DNA from: Lingula anatina
Lineage: Eukaryota > Animalia > Brachiopoda
Assembly (NCBI GenBank): GCA_051362555.1
Contig: CM120642.1
Coordinates: forward strand, 32,426,001 to 32,490,000
Reading direction: 5' to 3'
Length of the DNA: 64,000 nt
Part shown: positions 1-15,200 of the stretch, one piece after another
Position numbering within the stretch: the first letter of the stretch is position 1
Layout of the letters: each line of letters begins with the position of its first letter
The notes under the pieces: generated by a model
What the model was told of the DNA's origin: nothing
The model's input: only the letters and a program-made list of their open reading frames with translations
The model's database searches: none
Translations under genes and position numbers: made by a program

Positions 1-705
1 TAGATTTTTTATGTAAGTTTTCTTCTCTATTTAAATACAAGTTATTTTTTTACTATGTAAACAAAACCTAATGATTTTTTTTGCTCGAATTTTGACATAC
101 GCCCCCTCTCTCTCTGGTGACCTCATAATGTGAATACAGAAGCCATAGTGACTACTGCGGCTTCCGTCATCAGGTCTCATTAATTAATTGTAATACAAAG
201 TGAATAGGCGTTACTGCACGGGCTCAGAGGGAATCAAGTGCGTAAATGTTTGTGGTGAGTATGTCTGATGACAAATCATTAACATATGTAAATGATGTGA
301 TGGAGGTCTGAAAAAATTCGCTTTAGGAAATTTTATTACTGCACATTTTGGTGGGCTTAAAATTTTCTGACTTTGTTATTTTCTGTTTTGGTTATTTGAA
401 TACTGACTTTTTATGCATAACTGAGGTCATCTTGGGGACATTTTCTTATTTGGTTTTTTGGCCATAACTACAAAACAAAAGGTCACAAAACCTCTTGTTT
501 TCACACACACCATTTGTGTAAAACCACAGCATTATTTCTATATGTACACACGGAACTTTTTAAAACCTGAGTCACTGTAAATATCACCTACGAGGTTAAC
601 ATTGATTGTCACATATCACATCGAAAAGAAATGAAAATGTTAATGAAATTCATTATTGTATTTAAAGTTGGGCAAACCAAAAAAATTGAATAAAAAATCT
701 CTTAC

Positions 706-3700
706 CTTGGCAAGTGACAAATCGTCTGCCTCTGCTGCATCATAATCAAAGAGAGCTATCACAGTTTTTGTTGACCTGGGTGGGGTAGACGGGTAATACT
801 GAAAGGTGAACAAACCGTTACTGTATCATTTAATTCTATTATTAAACTACATTTAACTACAAAAATTTTTTCTACATGACAGAAGATATATACACATTTC
901 TGAGGTTTTCAGCTCAATAAACATTCAAAAACACAAGCATACCAATATCCTAGGCTTAGTTTGAACTATGGGGTATTCTCCATGCCAATAGGCAATCTTA
1001 GCCATGGTCCTATCTTCTTCAAAATAAATATTGTGGACTTAATGCTCTCGGTTCCTTATCATTACACATCCTAGACAGCACCTTGAAACTGCCCTGACAA
1101 CTTAACATCTGTCACCTTCTTTAAGAACTGTTGAAAGGTATTTATTTCACGTCATTTAAATTTAAAAGCCACGATGAAAATAATCCTGTGCGTAATTTCA
1201 TTCCAGCATACTCATTATAAGACATACAGTTAGGCATTCGGCCCTGACACAGCATTTTTCATTTTTTATTCTAAACACTTAGGGCCTTAATAACCACACT
1301 TTAAGACCTCTTCTACAGGAATTACAAATGTTAACAGCATGCAAAGCCTGATCAGGTGAAAGTCTGGGGCTGGCGCATCTGGTTGCCAGGCAACCCTGGA
1401 ATACATGGCAAATAAGGCACCTCTCTGTGCAAAAGAGGTATACTAGTAAAAAACAATGGGAGAAATTAATATGAAAGCTGTAAAAGGCCTGTTGCCATTA
1501 ATTTCAGAAAGGGGAAAGGGGTTCTTTTTCTGAAAAAATGAAACCTTTTGCCTCCTCAGTTGACCCAACTTGACAAATGGCTTAGAACCTACATGGAATT
1601 TTGAGTCTGACTTTTTCTGGCCAAACAGGCTTTTTTTTTTTCAAATACCCCACCCCATCCAACCCTGCCTCCTGGCCTGTGTAACAATGTTTTAAATAAA
1701 GAGTCTCATTCACTAAAATACCTTACTTTAATCTCATTTGAATATCAAAATTTTGAAGTAGATTAAAAAAAGGGTTGCCCCTGGAAAAAAATAAGTTTGT
1801 GGAAGATGCCCCAGTATGATATGAGTCAAATGACATCAAATTAGAAAAAAAAAGGTTAATCTCTATCCTCAAATCTTAACTAGTCATGACATCTCTTAGA
1901 GTAAAAACAGCCCTCCCTAAGTGAGCCACAGACACATTATGCATGTAACATATGTCAAAGGGTGGAACCATCAACTGAATTCTACACATACACTTCGACT
2001 GTGAAATATGCACTTTTTTCATACAGACTGTGATTAAATATTCATTACATGTACATTTAAGCTGTATACTGCATAGAATAAATATTGAAAACATGTAAGG
2101 TGACAGAGAACACTAGGACTTATTTCCAATGAAACAACTGTTCTATGTAGATTGATCAACTCCTCATAGACTCTCGCTTAATGCAATCAGATTAACACAC
2201 CTCCGGTTGTTTCCAACATACTCACATAATTCCCAGCTTTTCAGTATTCTATTCAGAAAAAGGTGTATTAAAATATGTTAATCTGATTGTATTAAGCAAG
2301 TGTCCCATGAAATAGGATCGATCTACGCAGAGCCGTAGTTTCATTGGGAATGAGCTCCTATACAGGTAGATACTTTATACTTAAAATTTATAATAAACTG
2401 AAAGTTCCCTATCATGTACGTACACTTAATATACTCATGGTCACTCCTCAGGTAATTAAAGAACCATCTGTTTACAGCTTCAAAATAAAAACTAGTTCTC
2501 AATTACAGACTTCAACTGCACATGCCTCCCACGTACAGAAAAAATGACAACTATCTGACTTTAAATTAGATGGCACTATTCAACCATTCCTTACAATAAG
2601 GAACGTGACACATAATTGAAACACATACCATACTTCATCAAATCCACTTAACTACTTAGAAATGGATAAATATGCTGACAGTGCCTCTTCCAATATTGCA
2701 TGAATTAAATTCTTATTCCAATGCACTTAGCACATTTTTTCAGGATGCCCCAAATATCTTGCGTTTTCTCAGTGTATCATTTATTCTACTACTCTAACTG
2801 GTGTGAGTTTGCTTTTATTTTTTTTTTAGGTACCTGATCATGAAGGACACTATAATTCTTCAGCCATTCTATTATATGTTTTTATATTTTAGTCAGATAA
2901 TTTATTTTTTCATAAAATCAATAATTTTAACTTGGTAAGCTATATATGTAGCTCTAATCTTTTGCAAAAACAAAATCATGACAGTGAGACAAATCAGAAC
3001 TATTTTGTGGATTCTGTTAAAAAAAACACTTTTCTTTACTAAGCTGAATAACAAATCTAATCCATCCCTGCCTTAAAGATACCACACAAAAGTTCTTCTC
3101 AAGTTGAAGTTAAGCATTGCAAGCTTTACTTACTGGTGTTTTAGATGAAGGATTCACAGTGGAAGATGACGTGGATTTGATTAAAGAAGCTGAAATGAAA
3201 TCATTTTGACACTTCATATCAATATAAACAGACTTCAACAACATGGTTTTTCTGTCACATAAAATATTACATGTATTACTTTTCAAGTGCATCAATTATA
3301 CTAGTTTAAATAATATGCCATGTTTAAATATCACAAAAAAAATTATCAATAAAAAAAAAATAAGGAGAGGACAACCATTTACCTGCAGAAGTGTCTCGGC
3401 CTTGATTAAAATGGCCGTCTGACTGGTTCGTAGATGTGGGTTCACATCCAGGTGCATTCTTGTCCGTCTGTCCGCAGCAGGAGTACGCACGGTTCCGCGT
3501 GGTCCACACACCCGGGTGGTACTTGTCTAGAAATTTGGCATTGTTTTTGGAACATACTGAAAGTTACATAAAAAGAGGTGAGCTTAATATATAAGAACAT
3601 GTTTCAGTCTACATTGGTTTTATGTAAAATATTAGATCAACACTGTCTTATTTTAATATTGTAATAATACTGTTATTCTAAATATTGCAAAAGGCAATGT

Positions 3701-4098
3701 TCAATTCAACATATTTTCTCTAGCTGATTTTAATCCATTTGTTGATAAAAGTATTAAATAATGCTTCTTTCATGATTAGTTTATCATTAAACTCATCCAC
3801 TTCTGAGTGGATAACTGATAATACATATACATATGACCTACTAAAGTTTTAAAAAATATTAAAGTGCAGTTGTGACCATAAACCATGTTAGGTGTGACAT
3901 GTTGTACCAATTCTACTAAGTGAAATGTGTTAGGTGTGACATATGTAGCAATCCTACTCACAATCCCTGAGAGTCATCACCCAGTCATTTCTCTGGTCTT
4001 CACTGGTGGCTATAATATACAGTGTGTAGAACTCCAGGGTATTGCCATCAGTGTAGACAACCTGAAAACACAACAGGAAGTGTGATGAGAAATGGCTG

Positions 4099-4135
<37 letters not shown>

Positions 4136-7100
4136 GAGCTCTGGTCTCAACAAGACTCCTCAAATCTCGAGCACTTTGCGTAGAATTCTGGCTGTGTGTA
4201 GCAAAAGGGTCTTTTGAAGTTCCGTACATTATTATTATTATTATTTATTATTATTGTTGTTGTTGTTGTTGTTGTCATATTAGTACTTGGCTAAATCAGT
4301 GATATACTGAACATACCATTACAAAGATACACCTCTTCAATTTCTTCTAAGGAAGTCACCTTTAATGTCTCTGACAAAACTTTAACCTTTATTGACCAAT
4401 ATAAACTTTCAAGCACAATTTTTTACTTTACTCAATAATTTTTGCAGGGAAGGGTTAGCCTTAATTAACACTAAAACTTGGGGAAATTCATCAGTGGTTC
4501 TGTCAAAGCAACAGAAATGCACTAACTTCAGTCAGTCCTCGCGTACTTACAATCTACCTCAAGGCCGAACAATTTCTTTTTTGTTTGGTATAAATTTAGA
4601 CATGTCCTTTGTAAACGAGACCAATAACATCATTCATTTACTGCTAACAATGCTCCAAAGTTTATCAATTGTCATCCAAAGACAAATGAGGCAACATGGA
4701 CCCTGTTGGTTTGTATGGCTTTACTGTAGAACTGTGCATGACACAAGTGATTTCAATAAGAAGTCGGCTCTTTGGGGCCCGTGCCGTCTGCAAGTTGGAT
4801 CACAATACCACATATTGTTAAAGCTTTACCAAAGTTTAAGACAAAGTCTAAATGAGTAATATTTTGTGTAGGTGATCTATATAGGGCTACAAGTGAAATC
4901 ACTATATGTTATCAATAGCCAAAATACTCAAGATAGTGAAATGGCCATATTAATAAAAAATGGTATGTCAAGTGGTGGTAGACTCTCCTAATTTTGGTTG
5001 CTAATAAATTCACCATTGCATGCCAGACATCAAAAGCCCATCACTAACATCATGCTGATCATCATGATTGTTTTCTTGTCTGAAGTTGGTCATAAACTAT
5101 CAACCCATAACAGAGGACTGTCAGCCAGTAGTTTAAGACCCCATTCCCAGAGATTAGATCGATCTACTTTAGATCGACCTAACTCCCTGGGGGTTCACGC
5201 TAGATAGCTGTCAGCCGAGCGGGCACGAAAGTTAATTACCCTCTTATAGCTTGTAGTAGGCGGGACGGACATTTAAGCAGAATTATCTGACAGTAATCTA
5301 GTGAGACTCTCCGCGGGGATAGATCGATCTAAAAGCTCTGGGAATACGCCCTTAGACAACTGAAATATATCCTTATACATGATAAAGTAAAGTATCATTT
5401 TACATCTTTATTGCCAATTTGCATAGCTTGAAAATGAGATAATAAGTCAATTCTTTACAGAGCTGGCATAATTTTCTTTTTATTTAGAGGCCTTGGAAAT
5501 GGCAGAAATTTCACTGCACAGATGCACATAAAAATCTGCACCAAAAAGACTTTGTGAAGTATAAATGGGACTTGGATTTCTTAGAAGTATTAATTTTAGT
5601 ATGCAATTTTTTTTCAAGTGATATACAGTGCTCTGCATCACAACTTTCCAACCAAATTTTTATGTGTTTACTGTGTTTAAAGGGAGGAAAATCACTCACT
5701 CAAGTCACATTAATTTTTTTTTTTGAAATGAAACTTCCCAGAGAAACAGATGCAAGAATGCTAGTCAGGCTAATTCTCTTAGAAAAAAAAACTTTAATGT
5801 ACACTTTAATGTTATAACATAACACATTACCCACTCCACAAAAGAATTTAATCAACATTTTAGAAGATAAGCTTTAATTACTAAAAGATAATAATATTAC
5901 ACTGCCTTTGTTTTCAAATGATCTTAGGAACATCACGCCACAGAAAGAGCTAATTAATCAGCATGTTTGTAAGAGGGACTGGTAAAGAAAAATGTCGAAA
6001 TGGCTTCTATAAATTTTAAACATTCACTAATTGTACATATGCTTAATCTCATGTATGCTTTTAAATCATTATGAATGGAGATTTGCCATTTTATTGTACC
6101 ACATCACTGTTTGGGGTTGGCACAAAACCATAGGTATCTCAGCAAGAACTTGCATAATCACAGAACTCCCACATTTCATTGGTAAAAGCCCATCAGGAGG
6201 AATAACATATTCTTACAAATAAAACCAAATTAGTTTACAGCAAAAACTGCTTTAGGAGACATAAAAACCGCTTCTATGTTGTTTTCTCATTCATAAGTGT
6301 CAGCATCAGCCTGCAGGAGATGAGACATTAATTTGTTTTATTGATAACATCCATTTGGCGTAAAAATAAATTCCATCGTAGATGTCCATTACCAGATACC
6401 ATAAATTTATAAACATCATCTGACGTCAGCTCACTGAAGACTGCCCTGCAGGTAACTCCTAGACAGTCTTTAGTTACTGCTTCTTCTGAATTGCTATGTT
6501 CAATGCATATAATAATACCGCAAGGGATTTGTGTTCCCCATCATTTATGTCAGTGCCATTCTTTTAAACTTCCTAGAGGGCAAGGGTAGCTATTTCCAAA
6601 GTCTTTTTGATATTTTTGTCTTACTTGGTGGATCCAGGTGCGAACTGCCCAAAAAAACATTTCTTTATTTAGTGCCCCACCCCCTTAATTTTGCCCCTCT
6701 CAGCTGCCACAAGACCCTGGATGTGCCAATTTTTCTAGTAAATTGATTGCACAGTAAAGAACACTTCAAATATCACACAATCGTTTCTTACGCTTATTTC
6801 CCTCATCTCAGAGGACATAGTTGTAGCCAGGTGTTTTACATTCCATAATAAATAAATTGCTTTATACACTTACCTGTAATGCATGTTGTCTATTGTCCAG
6901 TGCACCATTGTCAACGTTTTCTACTATCTTTACCTGGGCCAGGTTTAGACGACCCTTCTCTTTGCCAGGTCCTTTCTGTGAAAATAAATAAATAAAAAAT
7001 AATAATAATATAAAATAAAATAAAAATGACAGGTTTAACAATACAGTCATGTGATTAAAAAGAGCTAAAAAACTTTTAAATCAGATATCTATATACGAAT

Positions 7101-9248
7101 TCTATTTATATTAACTTATTTATTCCAATTAAAGGATTTATTTAAAGGGAACTCCCTCAAACTTAAAATAACAGACATAAAAGTCAGTCAGTGATAGTAA
7201 CAGACTATTTTAGCAACTGAACCAAATGGAAGATATTTTGTGAAAAGATTTCTATTCCATATTTGTTGTGACATCATAGCGAGCTCATAGTGACATAGAT
7301 GAGTGATCCTATGACATCACAGTATTAGATAAGTGACTTCATAATGATGTTGATGTCATGTTTGAGCTCTTGGACTCCCGCAGTCACCTTGTAGAAAATG
7401 CATCACAATTGAAACATGGATGTTGCTAAAATAGTCTGCAGACATCCACAAAATACAGTAGGTTTTTTTGATAGCAATGTAAAGGTCTTTTTTTTTTATT
7501 TTCCCAGATTGATACAAGTTATAACATGTCAGAAAAGGATAAAAGGTAGGTTAGATAGCAAAAAGTATTGTTTACTCAAGGATTATTTATTAAATATGTT
7601 TTTCATTGGAAAATCTTACACTGGATACGTTTAACCTCGCGTATAGTCATTACTCAACATTATGACTAATAAGTGACTAACACATTTGCTAGGTAGCAAA
7701 TACAGCACTGTTTTTCTATACCTCCCGTATACCTGACATTGGGCGTGGACAGAGATACTTATATATTATACACTTATTATACTGAAGATAGTATTTCTAT
7801 GGTTCTTTGGTTCATGTCACCCTCAAAAAATAAAAATGAGCCCCATGACAACTTAAATTTTCATAAAGCATGTAACATCCTCAGAATCTAGATTTTACAG
7901 AAATTTAAGTAGTGAAACTTATCGGACATCAACTTGGTGAAGTAAGGGCAGTGAAATGCCAAGATACAGTAAGCAATTCAGAGGAGCTGATACCAGATAT
8001 TAGTACCTTATGGAAAGAATTCCACAGTTTGCTGAACAGAGACATCCTTTCCCACTGCTCCTGAGCCACCGCATGCTGTAACAGCATTAACACCTCAGTC
8101 GCCATCTTTAATCATGAAGGAGATTTTGAGAAAAAAAAGAAACGTCTTCTCAGAGTAATCCAAGTGCTCCTAGTCGCCCCTCCTACTATTCCTAAGTTAG
8201 CAGTCTCTCTCATGAAAACATCTGTTTATCAATTAGCAGTCTGCGTGAGAAGAAATTCAATTGCAATGTCTACTAAACCACACACACACATTATGACCTT
8301 CCATATATGTATCCCTCGTCACCAAATTATCCATTATCCCTACAAGGTTACTATTCCTGTGCAATACTTATGTTCTCTGGAGCATACAGCATAAGTTTCC
8401 ACTCAGATACACATCAGAGATGACACGAGTAGATATTCGGTTGCTATGGAGTCTGTTTTGGTTTTCCGTGTACTTTAAAATCTACAAAATACAGCCCTAG
8501 TCCCTGTTAATTTGTCGCAGAGCAAGAACGTTTTTGTAGATCTGAATCCATTTTCAAAAGTTATAGATAGCCAAATCAACAGGTAATATGTTCTGCCTAA
8601 TCCTCCTTTCAGACATATGCAAAAACGCTATCAGTTCATATGATAATGTCTGGAATATCTAAGAGCCGAATGTCCCTGGTGGATTCCAAACTGATAACTC
8701 TTTTCAGTTTTAGGTTTCGTCCTTCATAAAGTTCCTTGCAAACCTATCGGGAACACAAACCAGTACTGATCAAGTGTCTTCTTGATGCGTTCATACACTC
8801 TAACCCCTCAGACTGCAGTGACAACGTAATCAAAGTTATGCCAGCCTTTGGTAAATTATATCTTAGTGGTACAACCAGGTTATATAAAAAGAAAGTATTG
8901 TTACGCGTCTTGCCCTCAGCTAATAGTTAACAGAGGGTGTCTAGCGTGGATAACCCCATTACACTTTCACTGTGATCGGAATAGAGATAAAACAGTACAG
9001 TCATGAAATTGAGGCATCCTGTGTAATATTGCAACAGCAATTTAGAATGTACTCTGACATGTATTCTAATGATATGTGCAAACAGAGACTGTAGGGTATA
9101 AAATTTGGGTGGGTTAATACCATGGCCTAAAGGAGCCTATATGCGAGTTTTTTTTTTTTTTTCACCAGGCTTCAAAAATACGGAAATTGTAGCAACTGAC
9201 ATGAACCACATTGATTTCATTTTGGTCTTTACTTGTGTCCAAAAAAAA

Positions 9249-9279
<31 letters not shown>

Positions 9280-12200
9280 TAAATAAAATAAATTTAAAAA
9301 AAAAAATAATAATAATGATAAAATAAAAAATAAATAATAAAATAACAAAAAAATTAAATAAATAAATAAATAATCTTATATCACTTTAGTGTCATCCTTT
9401 ACTAGAATTCAAAAATTCAAAATGGTGAAAAAAGCACAGTCTGGTTACTATGGTCCATGGCAGATTGGTCATGAACTGCTTCTGATCAATAAAACGCAGC
9501 CTTGTTAATGATTAAAATGCATTCCTCAGTTTTTCTTTGTTTTGTTCATTAGTAAAAGTTTGTTAACTTAAGTTAAAACGAATTATTTACTCCGAGATAA
9601 CTGGATACAACCCTGAGATTCAGAAATATTGGGTCTGTCCATGTACACTTTATTCTAAATGTATTTTCTATTCAAGACAAAGGAAATACAGTGTTGACAA
9701 AGGCTATGAACACTCCCTTTTATCATTTGTTCATTAACATTATGGTTATCTGTCTTACTTGCATGCTTAGCTCCATAAAAACAACGGCAATTTATAACAG
9801 TTATATATGAAAACATTTGCCTAGTACAATCATGGTCAAACAAAGTCAGAATATATATAGGGGATTTGAGGCCGAACCCTGCTTCTAGTCTGTAGTACCC
9901 CAATTACAAGGATACTTCTGGTGATTAATTAAAATGTGAACCATTCATCTATCTTGGGCAAGATGGGATGAAATGACCTTCAAAAATTTGACCAAAATCA
10001 CAAAATGGCAGTTTGGCGTGACTACTGCGTCATACATTTCTGACCAGTAGGGATTTATAGGAGTCAACCCAGGTGATGGTCTCTCATGTTTTTCATTTTT
10101 TTTTTGTAATTTACATTTTTGTTTTGGATAGACAAAAATTGCCTAAAGCCCGTGTATAAATATAGAAAACCTATTTCAATTAAAAAAAAAAAAAAAAAAA
10201 ACTTTCAATAAGGAAAAAAAGACATGGTATTATTTCCATAATTATCTTTTCCCTGTAGGTTGTTCATCTCGCAGCTAGACAACCTACAAACACCAAGTTG
10301 TAAAAACAAACCTATGATTACCAAATTCTAAAAACTGAAAATTTATTTAAAACATTTTACCTCACAGTTAACAAAGAGACATTCTGTGCAGCTGATTTAT
10401 GAGATGCCACCAGGTATTTCCTTCCTGCCACTACAAACTATACACTGCCATCTATTTCAACACCTTTCAAGGCTTCTGGAGAAAGTCAATGTTTTTTTTC
10501 ATTTGTTTATTTTTTGTTTCTTTTAGAAATAATAAATAAACATAGAATATAACAAACATGGTAAGACTTCACTAATAAATATGCATATGAAGCAAGTCAT
10601 CAAATAGGGTGTCATAACTGAAGTAATGTGTAGGGCAATGCATTGACATGTCTTCTTCCATCTGACAGTGATCACTGATGACAATACCAATCCAATACAA
10701 TATCTATATCTCTATGACCACATATACATCAGTTCATGTGCCTGGTAGTGACATGTGAACTCAACAAGTCCATGATGTCCATCATCAAATTATGGCACCT
10801 AATTAAATTTTGTCCAGTTGTCTGCCAAACCAGATCATCCTTAAGGGCCCGTTCCCATAGATACCACTGGTCTACATAAATCGATCCAGCTCTGTAGGGA
10901 CTCCAGCTGAGTGCAGTCAGCTTAACTGTATGACAGTCCTCCTCCTAGCATTAAGATGAATACGCTATTATTACAGCAAAACTGGTGATTATACCAGTTC
11001 TTGGAAACAAGAGGAGAAATGTTGTTCATTTAAGCTGGTGGCACTCAGCCAAAGTCCCCACAGAGTTAGATCGAACCACTTAGACTGATGGTGTTTATGT
11101 GAATGAGGTCTTAATTACCTCTTCTCCACCCATGTGTCCACAAAGAGAACTAAGCTACATTATTACACAGATCTACAAGGAGCCAATAGATCAGAGAGGC
11201 ATCTTGTGGCAGGTATAAACCTAGCACGCTCCTCGCTAACCATAATCCCTGTTATCTTAGAACACCACAATTCATTTAGTTTACCCTAAGAGCAGCTAGG
11301 ACTATTACATATCTGATGAGATCTTTACACTGATGCTGCCTGCCTCTGCCTGACATCTGTGCTACAAAATGGACAATGAATGAAAGACAGATGCATTTCT
11401 TTCTTTTTCTTTCCTTCATTTTTTTTTTACAAGAACCACATTTTCATGGAGCCAGAATTGAGGATATATCCTTAGAGTGTCAAGCTAATTTTCAATCAAT
11501 TTCCTATTCTTTTGCCATTTCATTACTGACCTATCTGTTGCAAATAAAAATTCTTAAAAACAGAAACAAACTATTGCAAGTTAATGCTGACTTTTCTCTG
11601 ACATTACTACGGTAAAGTCTTGAAAATTTCGTCGTTCTTGAAAATTTCGTCGGCAGACGATTTTCCGCCGACGTAATTTTTTTCCCTTTGAAAACTTCGT
11701 CGACCTTGTAAATGAGGTACTCGATAATTTTTGAAAAGTTCGTCACCAAATATGGCCGTGTTGTCCAGCTCAAACATGAAGGTAATGCGTCAGTTGATGC
11801 AAGACAATGATACGATCAAGATATCATTGCTGATAACACTCTCAATGGGAGATAGGAACAATAGTGCGCCCCTGCGAGCGGTTACTCACAATATAGATGG
11901 TTTAGATGTGAATTCCCGTTCTCAATTGCGGGAACGTCGGCCTTTTGTCTTTAGTTTCATTACTATTACCTGGCTTAAGGTTCGTTATCAAGCCGGCAAA
12001 TAGAAGTCACAGGCCGCGGCTTTGTCATTTGTAACGCCGTTATTGTTATCGGCGGCTGTCCTAAATGAGGAAGACACAATGAAAAAATCAAGATATTATC
12101 TCGAAGTGAAATGTACCCGTCACTTCTATTCATGTCAATGTTCAATTTCGGACCATTTAACGATTACCTGGCTCGTACATGGAGATCGTTCGCAATGCAA

Positions 12201-15200
12201 ATGGGACGAGATGGCAATATTCATATCTTCAGCGGAGAATCGTTCGCGTAATATAGTCAACAGATCGTTCGCGATCCAAACGAAACGAGAAGATAATTTT
12301 CATATTTGTAGCGGACTCCGTTCGCGTAAGATCATCAGCGGGAGATCGTTTGCGATTTGAGAGAGACGAAAAGGCAATCTTCATATCTTCAGCGGCAGAA
12401 CGTTCGCGATGTAAGCGGGAATAAAATGCACTTTTCATATTAGTTCAAGGGAACCTCGTTTGTGGAAGATCGTCAGCAGGAGATCATTATTTTAACCCCC
12501 CCTCCCCCTTTGAATTTTATAAATAATATATATTTTTCATTTTATCTTTAACCCCCCTTCCCCCGCTCACGGCATATCTTCAGCGGAGAATCGTTCGCGT
12601 AATATCGTCAAGACTTTGTTCGCGTAAGATCGTCAGAGGGAGATCGTTCGCGATCCGAAAAGGCAATTTTCATATCATCATCGGGAGATCGTTCGGGATG
12701 TAAGCAAGAATGAAATGCAATTTTCATATTAGTTCAATGGATTTAGGGAACTTCGTTCGCGGAAGATCGTCAGCGGTAGATTATTTAAACAACCCCCCCC
12801 CCCCCCACACACACACACACACACACACACACTTTGGATTTTTAAAAAATATTCATTTTCATTTGATCTTTAATCCGCCCCCCCCCTTCCCCCGCTCACG
12901 GTATATCTTCGGCGGAGAATCGTTCGCGTAATATCCTCAGGACTTTGTTCGCGTAAGATCATATCAGAGGGAGATCGTTCGCGATCCTAGCTTGACGTAA
13001 AGACAATTTTCATGTCTTCATCGGGAGATTGTTCGCGATGTAAGCAATAATAAAATGCAGTTTTCATATCAGTTCAAGGAACTTAGTTTGCGAACGATCG
13101 TCAGCAGGAGATCATTATTTTAACCCCGCCTCCCCCTTTGAATTTTATAAATAATATATATATTTAGTTTTATCTTTAACCCCCCCCCCCCTTCCCCGCT
13201 CACGGCATATCTTCGGCGGAGAATCGTTTGCGTACTATCGTCAGGACTTTGTTCACGTAAAATCGTCAGAGGGAGATCGTTCGCGATCCGAGCGAGACGA
13301 AAAGGCAATTTTCATATCATCATTGGGAGATCGTTCGCGATGTAAGCAAGAATGAAATGCAATTTTCATATTAGTTCAAGGGATTTAGGGAACTTCGTTC
13401 GCGGAAGATCATTATTAAACCCCCCCCCCCCCACACACACACACACACACACACTTTGGATTTTTTAAAAATATTAATTTTCATTTTATCTTTAATCCGC
13501 CCCCTGCCCCGCTCACGGTATATCTTGGGCAGAGAATCGTTCGCGTAATATTCTCAGGACTTTGTTCGCGTAAGATCATATCAGAGGGAGATCGTTCGCG
13601 ATCCTTGCTAGACGAAAAGGCAATTTTCACATCTTCATCGGGAGATTGTTCGCGATGTAAGCAATAATAAAAATCAGTTTTCATATTAGTTCAAGGAACT
13701 TAAATTGCGGAAAATCGTCAACGGGAGATCATTATTTTAACTCCCTGTAAATTTTTAGGAAGTTACAGATGGTAATTTTAGAAGGCCTGACACTCAATCC
13801 TGGGAAAAGCCCTGCATGCAACAAACCTTCCCAAGTGCGTAATTTTTTTTAACATGTCGCGTCCAGGTTATGATGCAAGGTTGCAATTAGGCTTATTTTG
13901 ATCCTTCTCCTCTACCAGGAGGTATGTTTCTTACCGAGAAGATAATTCTCAACATGTTTTCGGGTAGCCTACAGTAAGTTAAGTATAACTTAATCGAGAT
14001 GCACTAATAAATAGATTATTATTTACCACCAGAAAATGACTTAGGAAGTGGTAATAAATATCCCACAATACAGGAGCGTCAAAGATAACAGTCGCTAAGG
14101 ATAAAAGCCCAAAGGCCGGATTTTTGAAAATTTCGTCATACCCAGGAGTCGGGGAGAGGTAATTTTGAAAAATTAGTCGGATTTACACAATTAAAAATAT
14201 TAATTAATTTTTAAGCGACGAAATTTTCAAGACTTTACCGTATATGGCTGAAAGAAAAGGGTGCATGAAATCGCAGTCTAATGACATGATGCATCAGAGG
14301 AGATCCATGAGTCAAGCCTTTGTCCAAGATCACACTTACAGGTCTGATTTAATCATAACAACATCACCATTGTTTTTAATTGATGCCTATGTGATAAAGA
14401 AATTAATATGCGATCTAGTAAAGAGGTGTTAATGTTTCACGCATTCAAATTTACATTATCTGCTGTCCTTTGCTTTGGTTAATTAGTTGTCACTGTGTAT
14501 TCAGAATTAAAACTGCATGTAAATTGACTAAAAAAACTACCAATTTAAAAGATTAACAAGATGAGAAACCTGCCAGATTATATATTATTACATTAACAGT
14601 AAGCATAAGTTAAACAAGAGTTTTAGCTTGACTAAATATTTGGAAACAACTCACCAGTACTCATGATGTCAGCCATTGTCAGTTTGAAACTTTTTTGAAG
14701 TTTCACCAATTTTGAAGGCTAAAACATATTATAATATTGGCTGAAAGAAAACTGCTTCCCTACATAATAATAGTAAGTTAAATTGCACAATTCTAAAAAG
14801 GCTACCAAGAAAGACAGCCCACGCCCTCCTTTCAAACTACCCTTTAGCATAGTCATTTGGGTGCTACTATGATGACTACAAAGTAAAGTCCCCAATCAAC
14901 TATAAAATGTGTCATTTCTCTGTGATATAACATTGTGTCATTGATGAAGGTGAGCAATTACATGAGAGTGACATGACTAGAGTCATTACAGTCAAATTAA
15001 TATCAATACAATGAAAACAATGCCAGCTGCATTGAAAGACACCTTTATTCCAGCTGAAGCTATCTTTTAATATCTTCACCTGAATACATTCATTTTCACA
15101 ACTTGCTCCTTGTTATACCTCAAATGCTGTCATTGTTCTTGTTATTTCTTGATGAATCTCTTATAACATGGCAGGCCCCTAGCGGGGGGGGGGGGGGGTC

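Noticed and set aside
4392-4859. 155-aa plus-strand ORF in a Tec intron
   Set aside because: Non-ATG start, no motif, intron-like composition.
9121-9459. Weak inverted ends (CCATGG..TTTTCACCA / TGGTGAAAA..CCATGG) around an A-rich tract
   Set aside because: Too degenerate and low-complexity to call as an element with confidence.
12180-13745. Repeat-spacer appearance suggesting a CRISPR-like array
   Set aside because: The spacers themselves recur in higher-order units, the repeats are degenerate, the context is eukaryotic and there are no cas genes. It is a satellite within a TIR element.
11376-14432. Short ORFs within and around the TIR element as a transposase
   Set aside because: No DDE/D or HTH motifs; the ORFs are translations of the repeat array or of low-complexity sequence.
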